Assembly: GCF_001194135.2 (NCBI RefSeq)
Contig: NC_068982.1
Span: 88,936,796 to 88,990,039, forward strand
Origin: Octopus bimaculoides
Lineage: Eukaryota
DNA: 53,244 nucleotides
Direction of reading: 5' to 3'
Positions 36,290 to 49,089 of this stretch are shown here, piece after piece (position 1 is the first letter of the stretch; each line of letters begins with the position of its first letter). The position numbers were made by a program, and so were the translations under genes. The notes under the pieces were generated by a model. The model was not told the DNA's origin. It worked only from the letters and a program-made list of their open reading frames with translations, and did no database searches.

Positions 36290-36500
36290 TATGTGTCATT
36301 TTAAACGACCACCCACTCCTTTGTCTGACACAACTTAGCACCATATTGGGCCAGCATGTAAAGTCATCGGTTTACTTCTTTCGTTTTCTTCCTCGGTTTC
36401 CTCTGCCTTTTACTTCTGCAATTCACTTTACCAAGTATTCATGGACTTGTCTTCATACATAAGACCAAATAAACTTAGCCTGTTGCCTGCTTGTTTAATA
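36290..36500 (-). mobile_element. Possible RTE-clade LINE 3' end relic
   Basis: EVKGRGNRGRKRKK*TDD...RSGW resembles G.R.RGR.R..W.D...DR..W. Confidence 0.4.
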
Positions 36501-36529
36501 CAATATAATCACTGCATCATTTTCAATTA

Positions 36530-36557
36530 AGCAGCAGCAGCAGTGCAGTAGTAGAAG

Positions 36558-36615
<58 letters not shown>

Positions 36616-36616
36616 G
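36530..36616. repeat. (CAG)n(TAG)n(CTA)n microsatellite
   Basis: Direct read. Confidence 0.9.
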
Positions 36617-36723
36617 TGCTACAGCTACGGCTGTCACTACTAAAAATATTTTAAAATTAATGTCTGAACCGCTATCAGGGCGCTCAACCTGCTAGAAATA
36701 GCAGGCAAAACTCCTACAAAGGA

Positions 36724-36808
36724 GGAATTCCGACAACGTTTCGGGGTTCACTACCTCAAAACTTCCTTTATAGGAGCTAGTGACTAAAAACATCATCAGG
36801 AGGAACTA
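36724..36808 (-). ncRNA. Degenerate type I minimal hammerhead ribozyme motif
   Basis: Minus strand: AGTTCC-tc-CTGATGA-[TCACTAgCTC...GAGgTAGTGA]-GAAAC-GTT-GTC^GGAATT. Both core motifs are present, with the palindrome AACGTT. Stem I has a 2-nt offset and the base of stem II is mismatched. Confidence 0.5.
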
Positions 36809-36849
36809 CGTCCAGTTTCGGCTCCCTTCTCCTCTACAGTTTTCAACGT

Positions 36850-36925
36850 GGCGGAGTTATAGAAGAAGACACTTATTACGCATTGGGTCAAAACCCGAAA
36901 CCACGTGGCTGCAAAACTGACTTTT
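36850..36925 (-). mobile_element. Degraded SINE family A head fragment
   Basis: ATAGAAGAAGACACTT...AACCCGAAACCACGTGGCTG is the reverse complement of the family-A head. Confidence 0.5.
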
Positions 36926-36959
36926 AGGACGTACAACCATACACGAAAGATTTATTCAA

Positions 36960-37910
36960 GACAGTCTAACTTTAGGTTTCGCAAAAATAATACTGTTATA
37001 TTTTTGATATAACATGTTGAGACACAGATTTTGGGCTGGTGTATGCCAGAGCAACTTAGATAGTATACAGTTTCCAATAATATGCTGAACTTTGTTTCCA
37101 AGTTCGCAAAGGAAAGTTGTTGAAAGGTAGCCGTACGCTTGTCGATATCACATGTAATATGTGGGAAGTACTTGCAGCATTTTACGTCCAAACATGCAAG
37201 AGATATTACTTCTGATATTTCAGTGAAAATACTTCACAATCGTAACATACTTGATGTGTTTCTGCCAAAGCTTCAGGTATTACAAGCTCATTAGCAATTG
37301 CACAGTTAAAAAGATTTACAACATAACGAATGGGGTATGAAAGAAGCTGTGAACATTAATCAAATAACCACTGTTCGAGTTAAATAAGAATTCTCTTAAT
37401 TGAATCTTTGGTGTCATGAACAGTGATATCGTCACAATCTTCTAAAGATAATGTTTCTTTTGAAGAGGCAGCAATCTAGTTCAGAACCAAATCTAAATTT
37501 GCAGCGGAAAAGCTTTGATACAAATGTTGAAATCTTTTGTGAAAATGGCAATGAACTTGCTCTCTTACAATACCTTGCTTAATGCATAGATATTATAACA
37601 AAAATCAACTTTTTGAGAAATGTGTCAGTCAAATAGAATTGTTATACTTGAATATAAGAGATGAATTTCGATCCATCAAACAGGTTTAGGTTAATTATAG
37701 AGACTCCAAATTCTGCTGAGAACATCCCCATGTGAAGACCTTTTCCCTTCCGTGTAAGAAAGAGACCTGAATATTGGATCTTGCTCATCTAAACGTAAAT
37801 CGCATAACAGCTACATATTTAATGTCTACTCTTCCACAGAATTGAAACTCTTGATCACATCGTTCATGACAGTATCCAACTCAGGTCCCAGGTGCATCAT
37901 TGCCTAGTGA
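36960..37910 (-). pseudogene. hAT (Charlie/Buster-like) transposase relic
   Basis: HLGPELDTVMNDVIKSFNSV...SYTEGKRSSHGDVLSRIWSL (cf. EL..V...VVK.VNFI...HTEVRWLSRG.VL.R) at 37700-37900, and LSTTFLCELG (cf. F.TTYLCE.GFS) near 37110. Confidence 0.6.
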
Positions 37911-38004
37911 TAAATAATACAATATGTAATTTCAATTTTATGGTTCTGTTTTTTTTCTTTATTTTCCTTTCTTTCTTTTTTTTCTTTGCTTTTGTTTAGT
38001 GCAA

Positions 38005-38130
38005 AAGCCTCTAAGCCATTAGTGTGTTGCACTTACGATCGTAAGATCATAGCTTCGATGCCCGGGCCGAGTGGTGCCATGTGTTCTTATACAAAACACT
38101 TCATTTTACGTTATACCAGCCCATTTTGAT
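38005..38130 (+). mobile_element. tRNA-derived SINE head (family D), degraded
   Basis: B-box-like GCTTCGATGCCC followed by GTGTTCTTATACAAAACACTTCATTTTACGTT. Confidence 0.45.
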
Positions 38131-39288
38131 GTCAATGATTAACTCTGAGATAAACCGAAGACCCCGTCATGGGGTATGTTTTGATTTCGATCACTTATAC
38201 ACCATGGAAACAGAGTAACAAACCCTATGAATACGAGGGCTCCAGGCAGTGCTTTGCTTTCCTTTACTAAACCATTGACAAGCTAATAAGACAGGAGCTC
38301 CAGCATCAGGCACGCCAATAACTTGCTCAACACTTCAAATCAATGTTTGGGATTTTGAAACATATACCAACCATGTGGAGGACATAATATAGCCCAACTC
38401 AAGTGCAAAACAGAGCAATATTTCTTCTTCAATGCTTCAGAATCCCTCTAAAAACCAGACATCTCATTAGAGAATTGCAGCTGACGCTCTTTGTCCCATT
38501 AAACTGTAAAATAAAATTTTCCCTTCTTTATATGAATCACATATTTCATCTGACTTTCTCTTAAGAGGCAAATATACCATTTCATGATCCCTTCCAGAAA
38601 AGGTCACTAAATTCAGTTGTACGACACCTGGCCAAACATAATTTCTTTCATTTATATAACCAATCAATCCTCACCCGTCAGTACATGGAATTTTGTATCG
38701 CATAGTCAAATAGCCCACTTCATAGCTCGCCTGAATGTTAAGCAAATAAAAAATTCAAAAATTCTTACTTCGATCCATGATTATGTATAGGTGATTGAGG
38801 CTCCATAAACATGCTTCTTATGTCGCAGGCATTATCTTCAAATATTTTCTTATTTCATCCTATTTGTCGTAATACACACCTGTATCCCAATCTCTTATCT
38901 CATTCAATACAAAAGTACATATATGCTAACAATCTTTCTTCTGTCAGCTCTACTGTTCTTACTTCCAAGGTCTTACTCAAATCACTTGCATGTTCCATAA
39001 CTACACACAACTACAGAACTTTCTACTCAACACCGATGTCATTGATCTCGAAATAAAGAACTGATTACAGCTATTGAAATGTTTAACAGGAAATAATTAG
39101 CAGTATACTATTTCAAGTGATGTCATTGCTTTATCGTACGAAACATGAACGGAAGTCATAGATTTTGCTAAATGAATAAGTCCATTACATTTCATACAAT
39201 ACACTTTCAAATTTCACAACAATATGAAACATTCAATTGTCAATGGCATATCAACATATACATCCAAGTATATGTGTAATATATATAT

Positions 39289-39331
<43 letters not shown>

Positions 39332-41738
39332 NNNNNNNNNNNNNNNNNNNNNNNNNNNNNNNNNNNNNNNNNNNNNNNNNNNNNNNNNNNNNNNNNNNNN
39401 NNNNNNNNNNNNNNNNNNNNNNNNNNNNNNNNNNNNNNNNNNNNNNNNNNNNNNNNNNNNNNNNNNNNNNNNNNNNNNNNNNNNNNNNNNNNNNNNNNNN
39501 NNNNNNNNNNNNNNNNNNNNNNNNNNNNNNNNNNNNNNNNNNNNNNNNNNNNNNNNNNNNNNNNNNNNNNNNNNNNNNNNNNNNNNNNNNNNNNNNNNNN
39601 NNNNNNNNNNNNNNNNNNNNNNNNNNNNNNNNNNNNNNNNNNNNNNNNNNNNNNNNNNNNNNNNNNNNNNNNNNNNNNNNNNNNNNNNNNNNNNNNNNNN
39701 NNNNNNNNNNNNNNNNNNNNNNNNNNNNNNNNNNNNNNNNNNNNNNNNNNNNNNNNNNNNNNNNNNNNNNNNNNNNNNNNNNNNNNNNNNNNNNNNNNNN
39801 NNNNNNNNNNNNNNNNNNNNNNNNNNNNNNNNNNNNNNNNNNNNNNNNNNNNNNNNNNNNNNNATATATATATATACAAACACACGCACACCCATATACT
39901 TTAATGTACAGAGTATATAATTATGAACTACTAATATTGTTTCATACATTGGAGATATTATCTACGCAGTAATACACATACTCCGAAAGTATGGCCTATA
40001 CAAGTTACAAATTAGGACAATAGAAGACAAATCACGAGAAAAAAAAGAAAGAAAGGTAAAAATAATGTGACTTATGTCTTCTTTGACCGAAGAGTCGTAA
40101 GGCTATATGGTGTAGAATCGACGAAAAGGGTCTAAAGTCTGTGATAGAGCTGCTCCATTGGGAGAGGGTGGTATTCTCCAATTCACTGAAAGAAAATTGT
40201 CCGTATGTTTGCATTTGCTATAATTTTCAAATCTGGAATTCAGCTGTACAGTGGAATTTTTAGATCTAAAAAGGATATGCGATCGTTCAGGTATGCATAA
40301 CTTCCTTGTCTTTGATTCGTCAATATATAGCATGCATTTTCCTACTACTTTCCTCTTGATCAAGTGGAAAACCTGATTCTTTTATCATTTCTTTTGCCGT
40401 TCTTTTCATCTTTACATTTTTTTAACCCACCTTCACCTCATTTTTTTCTCGTGATTTCTCTTGTTCTATTGTCCTGATTTGTAATGTGTAAAGGCTATGT
40501 ACTCAGAGCCTTAATATTACTTGGAGTCATGAGACGTGTTTGAACACCTGTCTAGATATCTTTAATGAATAAAGCTATAAGTAACTCATAACTGCATACT
40601 GTGTACATTAAGCAATCTACATCTCTCACTAGATGGAGTACATTTTGTTGATAATACTCTAACGGAAAAGTAAATAAATAGTAAACTACACACGCACATA
40701 CATACACACACATACACTCATACACACAGGTATATTTATACATTTACACACATAAATATTTATAGGTGTACGTGTATTTATATATGAGTGTGTGTCTGTG
40801 TCATACATACATAATACATACATACATACATACATACATACATGCATGCATACATACATACATATATACATACATACATACATACATACATACATGCATG
40901 CATACATACATGCATACATACATACATACATTGACTTAAATTACGTCGGCATAAGGAAACGACTTATCTCTTTGCGGTGAAGTCTAACTTCTAGAACTTG
41001 AGACTCTGATACAGAACTGCTAAAAGGAAGATCATCTTTGGATAAATGCGAAAAAGCACCTTTGTTCACGAAAGATCATAGCATTAATCAAGTGTCGAAA
41101 ACTAGTTGAATCTTAACACGGTGGGTTACTACGTACACCATGCTTGAAGAGGAAAGTAAAATCAGCTATCGCAGGTCCCAAAACTACCGAGAGAAATTTC
41201 AGTGGACGTTTTGAATTGAACCAAGATCTCTATCAATTCTACAAAAGAAGTCAGGGAAGATGCTATCCCTCGATTGTGTATATGAAAAGGATGAGGAATA
41301 GCGTGGCTTTTAAATATTCTATCTACTCGCATTTAAGCGCCAAGGGGACACGTAACAAGCAACGTTCATCGAAATAAAATTTTATGCTATTTTAGAAACC
41401 ATTATATTTTTTCCTTTAGATAAGAGTCAGGCACGACCAGTGAATTATTCTTCTTAAATAACAAAACAGTGACCGCAGCAGACTGGTTAAGAACAAAACT
41501 GAGACGAACAGGCCGCCATGTGAACAAGTACAATTAATGAGTGAGGAGGCAAACAAGTGCAAATAATTACACAAGAGACAAATTTCTACACAAATCGGAA
41601 AAAGTACTACCGACATGATGTTATTAGCATTGGATCACCAATTTAAGAAATTAGTAGCAGGTATTAGAAATCCCCGCTTTCGGTCATTGAACTTCCTTTC
41701 TATATTGTACCCCGCTTCCCTATCGCCAACTGCAACAC

Positions 41739-41739
<1 letters not shown>

Positions 41740-41791
<52 letters not shown>

Positions 41792-41804
41792 CTTTATTAT
41801 TATT

Positions 41805-41845
<41 letters not shown>

Positions 41846-41882
41846 TACTATTATTATCATTATTATTATTATTATTATTGAA
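41740..41882. repeat. (TTA)n(TCA)n(TTA)n microsatellite
   Basis: Direct read. Confidence 0.95.
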
Positions 41883-42133
41883 TGAGTGAGCAGTGCTTGC
41901 CATCAAAGTGACACTGAGATACAAATATTCGAAGCCCAGTATACCCGTCTGATAAGGGTACACTAGGCACATGCAGAGCGACCAAATGTGCGTGACATGG
42001 TGATTTCATATCAGGATTAGCAGCGTATGACTTTTCAGGTGGGGGCCCAGTTGCAATTTTCTTCAGGTTAAGTAGCCCATCCCGCTCAAAAGGTCCTTGA
42101 ATAAGTGTTGTTTATGGATGTTTGAACGAAACA
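41883..42133 (-). mobile_element. TAA-bounded non-coding repeat, copy 3, truncated
   Basis: Homologous to 26474-26765. Keeps the GAGxGAGC end at the TTA array and has lost the other end. Confidence 0.75.
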
Positions 42134-42419
42134 TTGCAGGCCCACGAAGTGCCACAGGGATATACCAGTTGACAAAGAGTCACCTCTCAATCAAATTTCC
42201 GCTCCGCCAAAGATTTCACCCAAAACCCCTCAGTCTTGGGCTTGGCTTCCAACACTCAGTCACCCCACCACACACACACGCACACACACACATACCCTTG
42301 CCTCTAGTCACCCACGTGTAATCACTCACATATTCTTTCTCATTTCGTCCCTCCCAACTTGGTTGACAGCAAAGATTCAATCACACACTCCATCCGCTTT
42401 CCACTTTTTTTATGTTATC

Positions 42420-42421
42420 AT

Positions 42422-42504
<83 letters not shown>

Positions 42505-42535
42505 ATGATGATGCTGTTGTTGCTGCTGCTGCCGA
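42420..42535. repeat. (CTA)n(CTG)n(ATG)n(TTG/CTG)n compound microsatellite
   Basis: Direct read. Confidence 0.95.
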
Positions 42536-43498
42536 TACTATCCATCTATTTTCCACACTTTACTCTTCACTCTTCTTCCAAAAAGGATAAATTCTATTTA
42601 CGCCGTCATTTGCATAGAGCATGGGTGTCAAGATTTTTTTTACGCCATGAATGTCCTCTCAGCTGTTTCCCCCTGTGTGAACTTTACCAGCTTCATACCA
42701 GAGTTATCTTATCCCTTTAGCTTTTATCAGTCTCTCATCATCCTTCGTCTACTCCATCAAATTCATACGAGCCTTTGACCCCTGATGTATAGTTTTTAAC
42801 TGTTTTCTGTTTTACCGCCTCTTCACAGAATTCATACATTTCTTTAATTTTCTTGTTAAAACGTTTCACATACGGAATTTTAGTATACTCATGCATACAT
42901 GTCCATCACTCTTTCCTCACTGCTCATGCCATCCCATTTGCTTCAGCATAAGCTTTCTTGCTTTATTCTCACGCTCGCTTTCACGTCCACACAAAAAAGC
43001 TGTCTTGCCAATCATCTAACGATCATGCACAAATACATCAGCACACCTTCCTTCAACTAATATACCTTTTTACACTTCGGCCCGCGCACACTTCTACACA
43101 TACGCATATCCTACACTATAATTCACATAAGCATACAAATAAACACTTATGCGGGCCTCCAGACAGATCCAGTGTTATACTTGCATATACTCCTTGTTCT
43201 GTTTTTACCTCCCAGTACACAAGGCAGTATTCCCACTAGTCTTTTATCCTTTTTCTGACTATTCCTCTTCTTCACTCTCTATAAGGGTCTAAATTTTCTG
43301 GTGCATGACTTTCATCCGAAACGTTACACGAATTTCTTCTACTATTGAAGTATTAAACGAATACCCATTCTTAAAAATATTTCTCCTATGTGGTACAATT
43401 TTATTTTTCAATATATTTTAAATCATCTCTTAATATACACACTAAAAGACACAAGTACATACACATACACATACATACATACCTGTATGCACATGTAA

Positions 43499-43560
<62 letters not shown>

Positions 43561-43604
43561 GGAGAGGGAGAGAAAAGGGGAAGGAAAAGGAGAGAGAAAG
43601 ATAG

Positions 43605-43755
43605 ATAGGCGTAGGAGTGGCTGTGAGGTAAGAAAATTGCTTCCCAACTACAAGATTTCGGGTTCACTCTGCGTGGAACTCGGGTCAGGCGTCTTCTGCT
43701 ATAGCCTCTGGCCGACCAAAGTGATTTTTGAAGACGGATAGTGAAAGTAGCCTGG
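43605..43755 (+). mobile_element. SINE family A, 5' half, degraded
   Basis: ATAGGCGTAGGAGTGGCTGTGAGGTAAG...CTATAGCCTCTGGCCGACCAAAG. Confidence 0.75.
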
Positions 43756-43834
43756 CTTATACAAACAAACACACATCCTTATATACCGAGACGATTTGGG
43801 TATTTCTCATTGGTCTGATGGACCTTCTGTCAAT

Positions 43835-44440
43835 TAGGCTTTAAACGTACAGTAGCTGCTAATCTGTGTATAGTTGATTTTTTTAGATGTTTTCCTAGAC
43901 TTGAACTCCTCCTCATATAAACCTTTCTATAAGCCTAATGAAAAACTCACCCATATACATAAACAGTCTAGTCACCCTCCTGTAATTTTTGAAAACCTGT
44001 TAGCTAATCATGTTTACTGGACCAACGATGCATGATTAAATCTGTTATATTTGAGGCGCATGTTACTATAACACTACATGATAATACAACAGATAAGAAG
44101 ACCTATACTAGATTATGTGAATGAGAATTTTAAATTCGCTATTCCAATCACATAGCCTCCTTCCAACATAAGGACAAAAGCAAAGCTACTAAGTTAGCTA
44201 GCCACGTATGGGGTTTGAAATCTAACGCAACACCGCGTATGATTAAATGGAAAATAATTGAAAAGTTCACACCTTATGTTAATGGATCAAATAAATGTAA
44301 GCTATGTTTAGCTGAAAGAGATCAGATCCTTTTCAGATCTAAGATCCCTAACTCACTACTGAAGTCTAGGTCTGAAATTTAACGTTTGTAAACATATATC
44401 GAAGTACATTTTGAAGAATTGGAAAATTCTGTCTAAACCT
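43835..44440 (+). mobile_element. Penelope-like element relic, internally deleted
   Basis: ANLCIVDFLDVFLDLNSSSYKPFYKPNEKLTHIHKQSSHPP (PLE RT end) and WKIIEKFTPYVNGSNKCKLCLAERDQI...SRSEI (GIY-YIG C-terminus). Confidence 0.8.
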
Positions 44441-44651
44441 GGTTAAATTATTGATATCTTTTCAGACTTATAATTTAAGGTCTAAGGGGGTGATTCTTTT
44501 ACCTTTATTACTTTTTATTTTTACTTTATTACTCTTTCGTTTTCCGTTTTTCGTTCTCCATTTTTCTAACTTCCACATTTTCTATATGTTTCCTTCTCAA
44601 CTTTTCGCGTTTCTTCTCTCATTCAATTTTTATTTCATTATGATATATGGT

Positions 44652-44711
44652 TTGTCTCTGATGAATATGTTTGAGGTATTTCTCAACATATGAAACTATT
44701 AGTAGCACATA
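44652..44711 (+). ncRNA. Type I minimal hammerhead ribozyme motif in the PLE 3' region
   Basis: CTGATGA (44658-64); 10 bp stem II ATATGTT(T)GAG/CTCAACATAT; GAAA (44692-95); stem III ACT/AGT; cleavage triplet GTA (44702-04); partial stem I TGTCT/GCACA with one mismatch. Confidence 0.65.
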
Positions 44712-44825
44712 AAAAACTTGTATTGTGTCTATTAAATAATATTTACTTCTCATTAGACGGAGTAATTTTTTTTAGATTTTACCCTCATGTAAAAAATGTG
44801 TGTAGGCCTGTATGTATGTGTGTGT

Positions 44826-44864
<39 letters not shown>

Positions 44865-45848
44865 NNNNNNNNNNNNNNNNNNNNNNNNNNNNNNNNNNNN
44901 NNNNNNNNNNNNNNNNNNNNNNNNNNNNNNNNNNNNNNNNNNNNNNNNNNNNNNNNNNNNNNNNNNNNNNNNNNNNNNNNNNNNNNNNNNNNNNNNNNNN
45001 NNNNNNNNNNNNNNNNNNNNNNNNNNNNNNNNNNNNNNNNNNNNNNNNNNNNNNNNNNNNNNNNNNNNNNNNNNNNNNNNNNNNNNNNNNNNNNTATATA
45101 TATATATATATATATATATGAATATATGTATATGCATACACATGCACGCACATGCACATGTATGTACATGCATATATGTGTGTTTATGTGTGTATGTGTT
45201 TATGTTTGTTTTAATATTTATTTAAATATTGTAAGTCAAAAGTTTCTTTATTTAGTGGTGTGAAGACAGCTGTATCTCCGACCTTTGCACTGATAAGAGA
45301 AATAAATATGTCGATCCGGTTTGATGTCTAAAAAATTTAATGTTAATGTATTCATATGGAACACAAAGCACAGTTAAAAATTACATTAAAATCTGCGTTA
45401 AAAAAAAGATACGCCAATTACTATTCAGAAGGAACAAAAAGCATTATGATAGGGATATGAGAAATAAGAAGAGGTAGCGTGCTTAAAATCCTGTGGTTGT
45501 GCTTTGAGAACGAGCACCATTATCATTCTGAATGATAGCAAACACTGATGGACATATTTTGTTTTACATTCAATCTAAGCTATATATATATATGCAGCAA
45601 GCATATAAACACAGATGATTGTGCATGTGTACGTGTGTGGGGGTGTATGTGTGTGTGAGAGAGTGAATATATGTATATATGTATATGTAGTGAGAATGAT
45701 AGCGAGAAAGAGAGACATATGGAGAAGTGACCAGTGTGGACCGTGGCATTGATTTGTTCAATATTGTTGAAATTCTTGATTCATTTATGTTCTTCTTTAT
45801 CAACATACATACATACATACATACAATACCATACACAAGCACTCATAT

Positions 45849-46100
45849 ATACAGGGTGCGTGAATATATTGTCTAAATAGTGCAAAAATGAAAATAACAC
45901 TGACATTTCATTTTTATAGGTATATTTACCAAAATTACATTAAAATATTTTGAAAAACTAAAGAGTAAATTTATTCAATAAAATTGCCATTAGCTTCAAC
46001 CACCTCATTCAGACGACTTCGGAATCTTCTGCAACTCTTCTGGACCATCTCCTTGCCTAATTTGGTGAATGTTGCCATAATGCTTACCTTCAAATCTTTG
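45849..46100 (-). mobile_element. maT/DD37D-like element 3' end with TIR
   Basis: LKVSIMATFTKLGKEMVQKSCRRFRSRLNEVVEANGNFIE*, and terminus TA^CAGGGTGCG. Homologous to 33690-33848. Confidence 0.75.
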
Positions 46101-47807
46101 AAAGAAATATTAGCAAATTTTGAAAGAAATGTTAACCATTTTTCATATTTTCTAGGGGCAAGCAAATAGTAGAGAACAGTTGCTATCCAAGAACAGAAAT
46201 CGTGTTACTAAGTGTAATTAAAACAAATCATTAATAACACGTCCTTACTTCAAAGAGATTAAATAATGCATTATAAATATACGGCCAACAAGGGATTGAT
46301 AAGGGATTAGTGATGCAGGCGAATCATTTCTTAAGCTCTCTATTGATGAAAATCGACCAGGATAAGAAAAAAGTCTTGTGATCTGTATTATACGCAAGAT
46401 ATTCGGAAATCAAAGTCTATCAGCAATCAAGTTTGTAAATTCATGCTTCTGTTACTTAGTAAAGGTGATCTGTTTGTACAGAGTGATACATAAAATGGAC
46501 AGAAATGATGGGTTATATGCATTCATTTATTATAATAGATAAATTTATATAACTCATTATTTCTGTTTATTTTACACACACACACACACACACGCACACA
46601 TACACATATTTGCATATATATATATANNNNNNNNNNNNNNNNNNNNNNNNNNNNNNNNNNNNNNNNNNNNNNNNNNNNNNNNNNNNNNNNNNNNNNNNNN
46701 NNNNNNNNNNNNNNNNNNNNNNNNNNNNNNNNNNNNNNNNNNNNNNNNNNNNNNNNNNNNNNNNNNNNNNNNNNNNNNNNNNNATATATATATACTCAGG
46801 CGTCAGTCGGAGATGCAAACAAGGATCAGAAAGCAGGCAAATGTAGCAGATCTGGCGGTGTCGGTGTTAAGCCGCGTGAGAACAATAATTGGGTTGCACT
46901 TGTGCTTTCTGCTAGTAAAACCTGTAGCATATTTGGCACTGAAAAGGAAACGCTGTTCACGAGGTGTAAACAAATGGCCAAATGACCAGAGATCACGAGA
47001 TATTTTGTAAGGCCCTAGTATTTGTAGTGGTTTTAATGCTTTTTAAGATTCTGTTGTTCATACATAAGTGGGATACCGGGGTCGATAATTTTGCATGGTT
47101 TCTGTCACTAATAGAATATATTTTCAAGATCTCTTTCAGTGGATGTAATTCAAGCCAAATGCAAGGTCTCGTGTCTATATGCATAGTTTAAGCAGTTGTG
47201 AGGTTTTTTATCATATATCCACGAAAGAATGCTTGGTTAGAAGAAATAGCAAGTTCATTAATGCGAAGAGTAAAGTATCAGCGACAGAAACCATGCAAAA
47301 TTATCGACCCCGATATCTCAAAGTTACTTGAATAAATATATGCACGAAATATATCTAACAACGATTGCATCCATGGAACAGTTTCACTTGTCACATTAAA
47401 AAATTTAGGCAATCTTAAATATTCTCATGCTAGACATATGATGTAACCAGGAAGATATTTTCACAGGAATTCGTTTGACACGGAAGATTGTTATGCTATG
47501 CTAATGTATCATACGTATTTTACTTTTATGCTCCAAACAGATTCTGAGCCGGATATACAACAGAAATGTCAGACTTAATTAGATATTTCGATTGGCAAAA
47601 TTTGAAACCAATATTTTAATGTCTTTATTTTGTTAGTATTGGTATTAAAAGTTCCATCTACATTGCTACAGCTTTCAATAAGAAATTAATTTTCTTCACA
47701 TTTGCTCACTCATACACACATCGAAACACGTTCATATTTGCGCACACACATACACATATATACATATATGCATACATACATGTGTGTATGTATGCATACA
47801 TACATAC

Positions 47808-47839
<32 letters not shown>

Positions 47840-48055
47840 NNNNNNNNNNTTGCCAGTTTGTAGAATGGGAATTCATGGTACTTATGCATGAATATATATT
47901 TAACGTAACCTCTGGACTTATTTAATTGGAACTATCTAAACAATAGTAATCAATTTAATATCTGTATCAAATTATGAGTATGAATACAATGTCTGAAAGG
48001 ATATTGATAATGTTTTCTGTTATAAAGAATAGAGACAACTTTACCTCTTAGTTAT

Positions 48056-48545
48056 TTAAAGGAAAACACTTTTTATGACAACATTTCTGCTAGACGTGAT
48101 TTCCTTCAAGAATACTTTAACATTTTCATTCCTTATTCCTCGACTTAAAGCCACATACAGCAGGCCATGTTGGAATACTGGCTTTTCAAGATAGATTAAG
48201 ATATTCTGCATGGTCTGTTCTTGTGCATGGTCTATTATGTGTCGTAATTGCAAGACATGACTGTATCAGGAACTATGTTCAATCAATAGGTATATCTTTA
48301 TCTTCTGATATATTAAGTTTAATTCTAGGAATCATGACAATGTCGTTTTTGAAAGCACCAACATTGACTTTTGCTATGATTAGATTCACGTACATTTCTT
48401 GTACAATCATCCGTGTTCCATTGCAAAGCGTTGGAGGATCTAAGTTTCACATTGAAATTATAGATCTTCTCTTCAATTTAAGTTTACGTGTTGGTAATCC
48501 AGACAGTTCAAGTGAATCAAGTAATCCCTGTCTCTTTCTACATGG
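48056..48545 (-). pseudogene. Helitron PIF1-like helicase C-terminal relic
   Basis: LDSLELSGLPTRKLKLK...NLDPPTLCNGTRMIV...MIPRI, and AQEQTMQNILIYLEKPVFQHGLLYVALSRG. Confidence 0.85.
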
Positions 48546-48752
48546 CATAATTGATCAGTGCCTATTTTTGTATGCAATATTGTATTAAGAAAATTAAACC
48601 AAAACAACAAAGCGATTACAAATGTCAAATGAAGGAAATAGAATAAAATTTGAAATGATGAAACGATAAGTAATCTCCACAAAAAAGATATTTCTCTAAG
48701 TCAATGTATGTTTACGTCAAAAGGTCGACGTTCATTTTTCTTATTGATAGAG

Positions 48753-48965
48753 AGGTCGCAGGAGTGGCTGTGTGGTAAGTAGCTTGCTTACCAACCGCAT
48801 GGTTCCGGGTTCAGCCCCACTGCGTGGCACCTTGGGCAAGTGTCTTCTACTATAGCCTCGGGCCGACCAAAGCCTTGTGAGTGGATTTGGTAGACGGAAA
48901 CTAAAAGACGCCCGTGTGTGTGTGTGTGTCTGTGTTTGTCACCCCGACATCGCTTGACAACCGAT
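48753..48965 (+). mobile_element. SINE family A, 3'-truncated
   Basis: Near-identical to 21754-22022. Confidence 0.88.
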
Positions 48966-49089
48966 ATTTCGGGAACAAACGAATATCTAGAGCTTTAGTA
49001 TTACAATATATATAAATGGGAAATTGTGACATAACAAGGCACCAATGTTTGCTGGAAATAACAGTCGATAACCGTACGATGTTATGTAA

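Noticed and set aside
42620-43000. RTE-like LINE 3' relic on the minus strand
   Set aside because: Only faint similarity (DDERLIK), too decayed to list as a feature.
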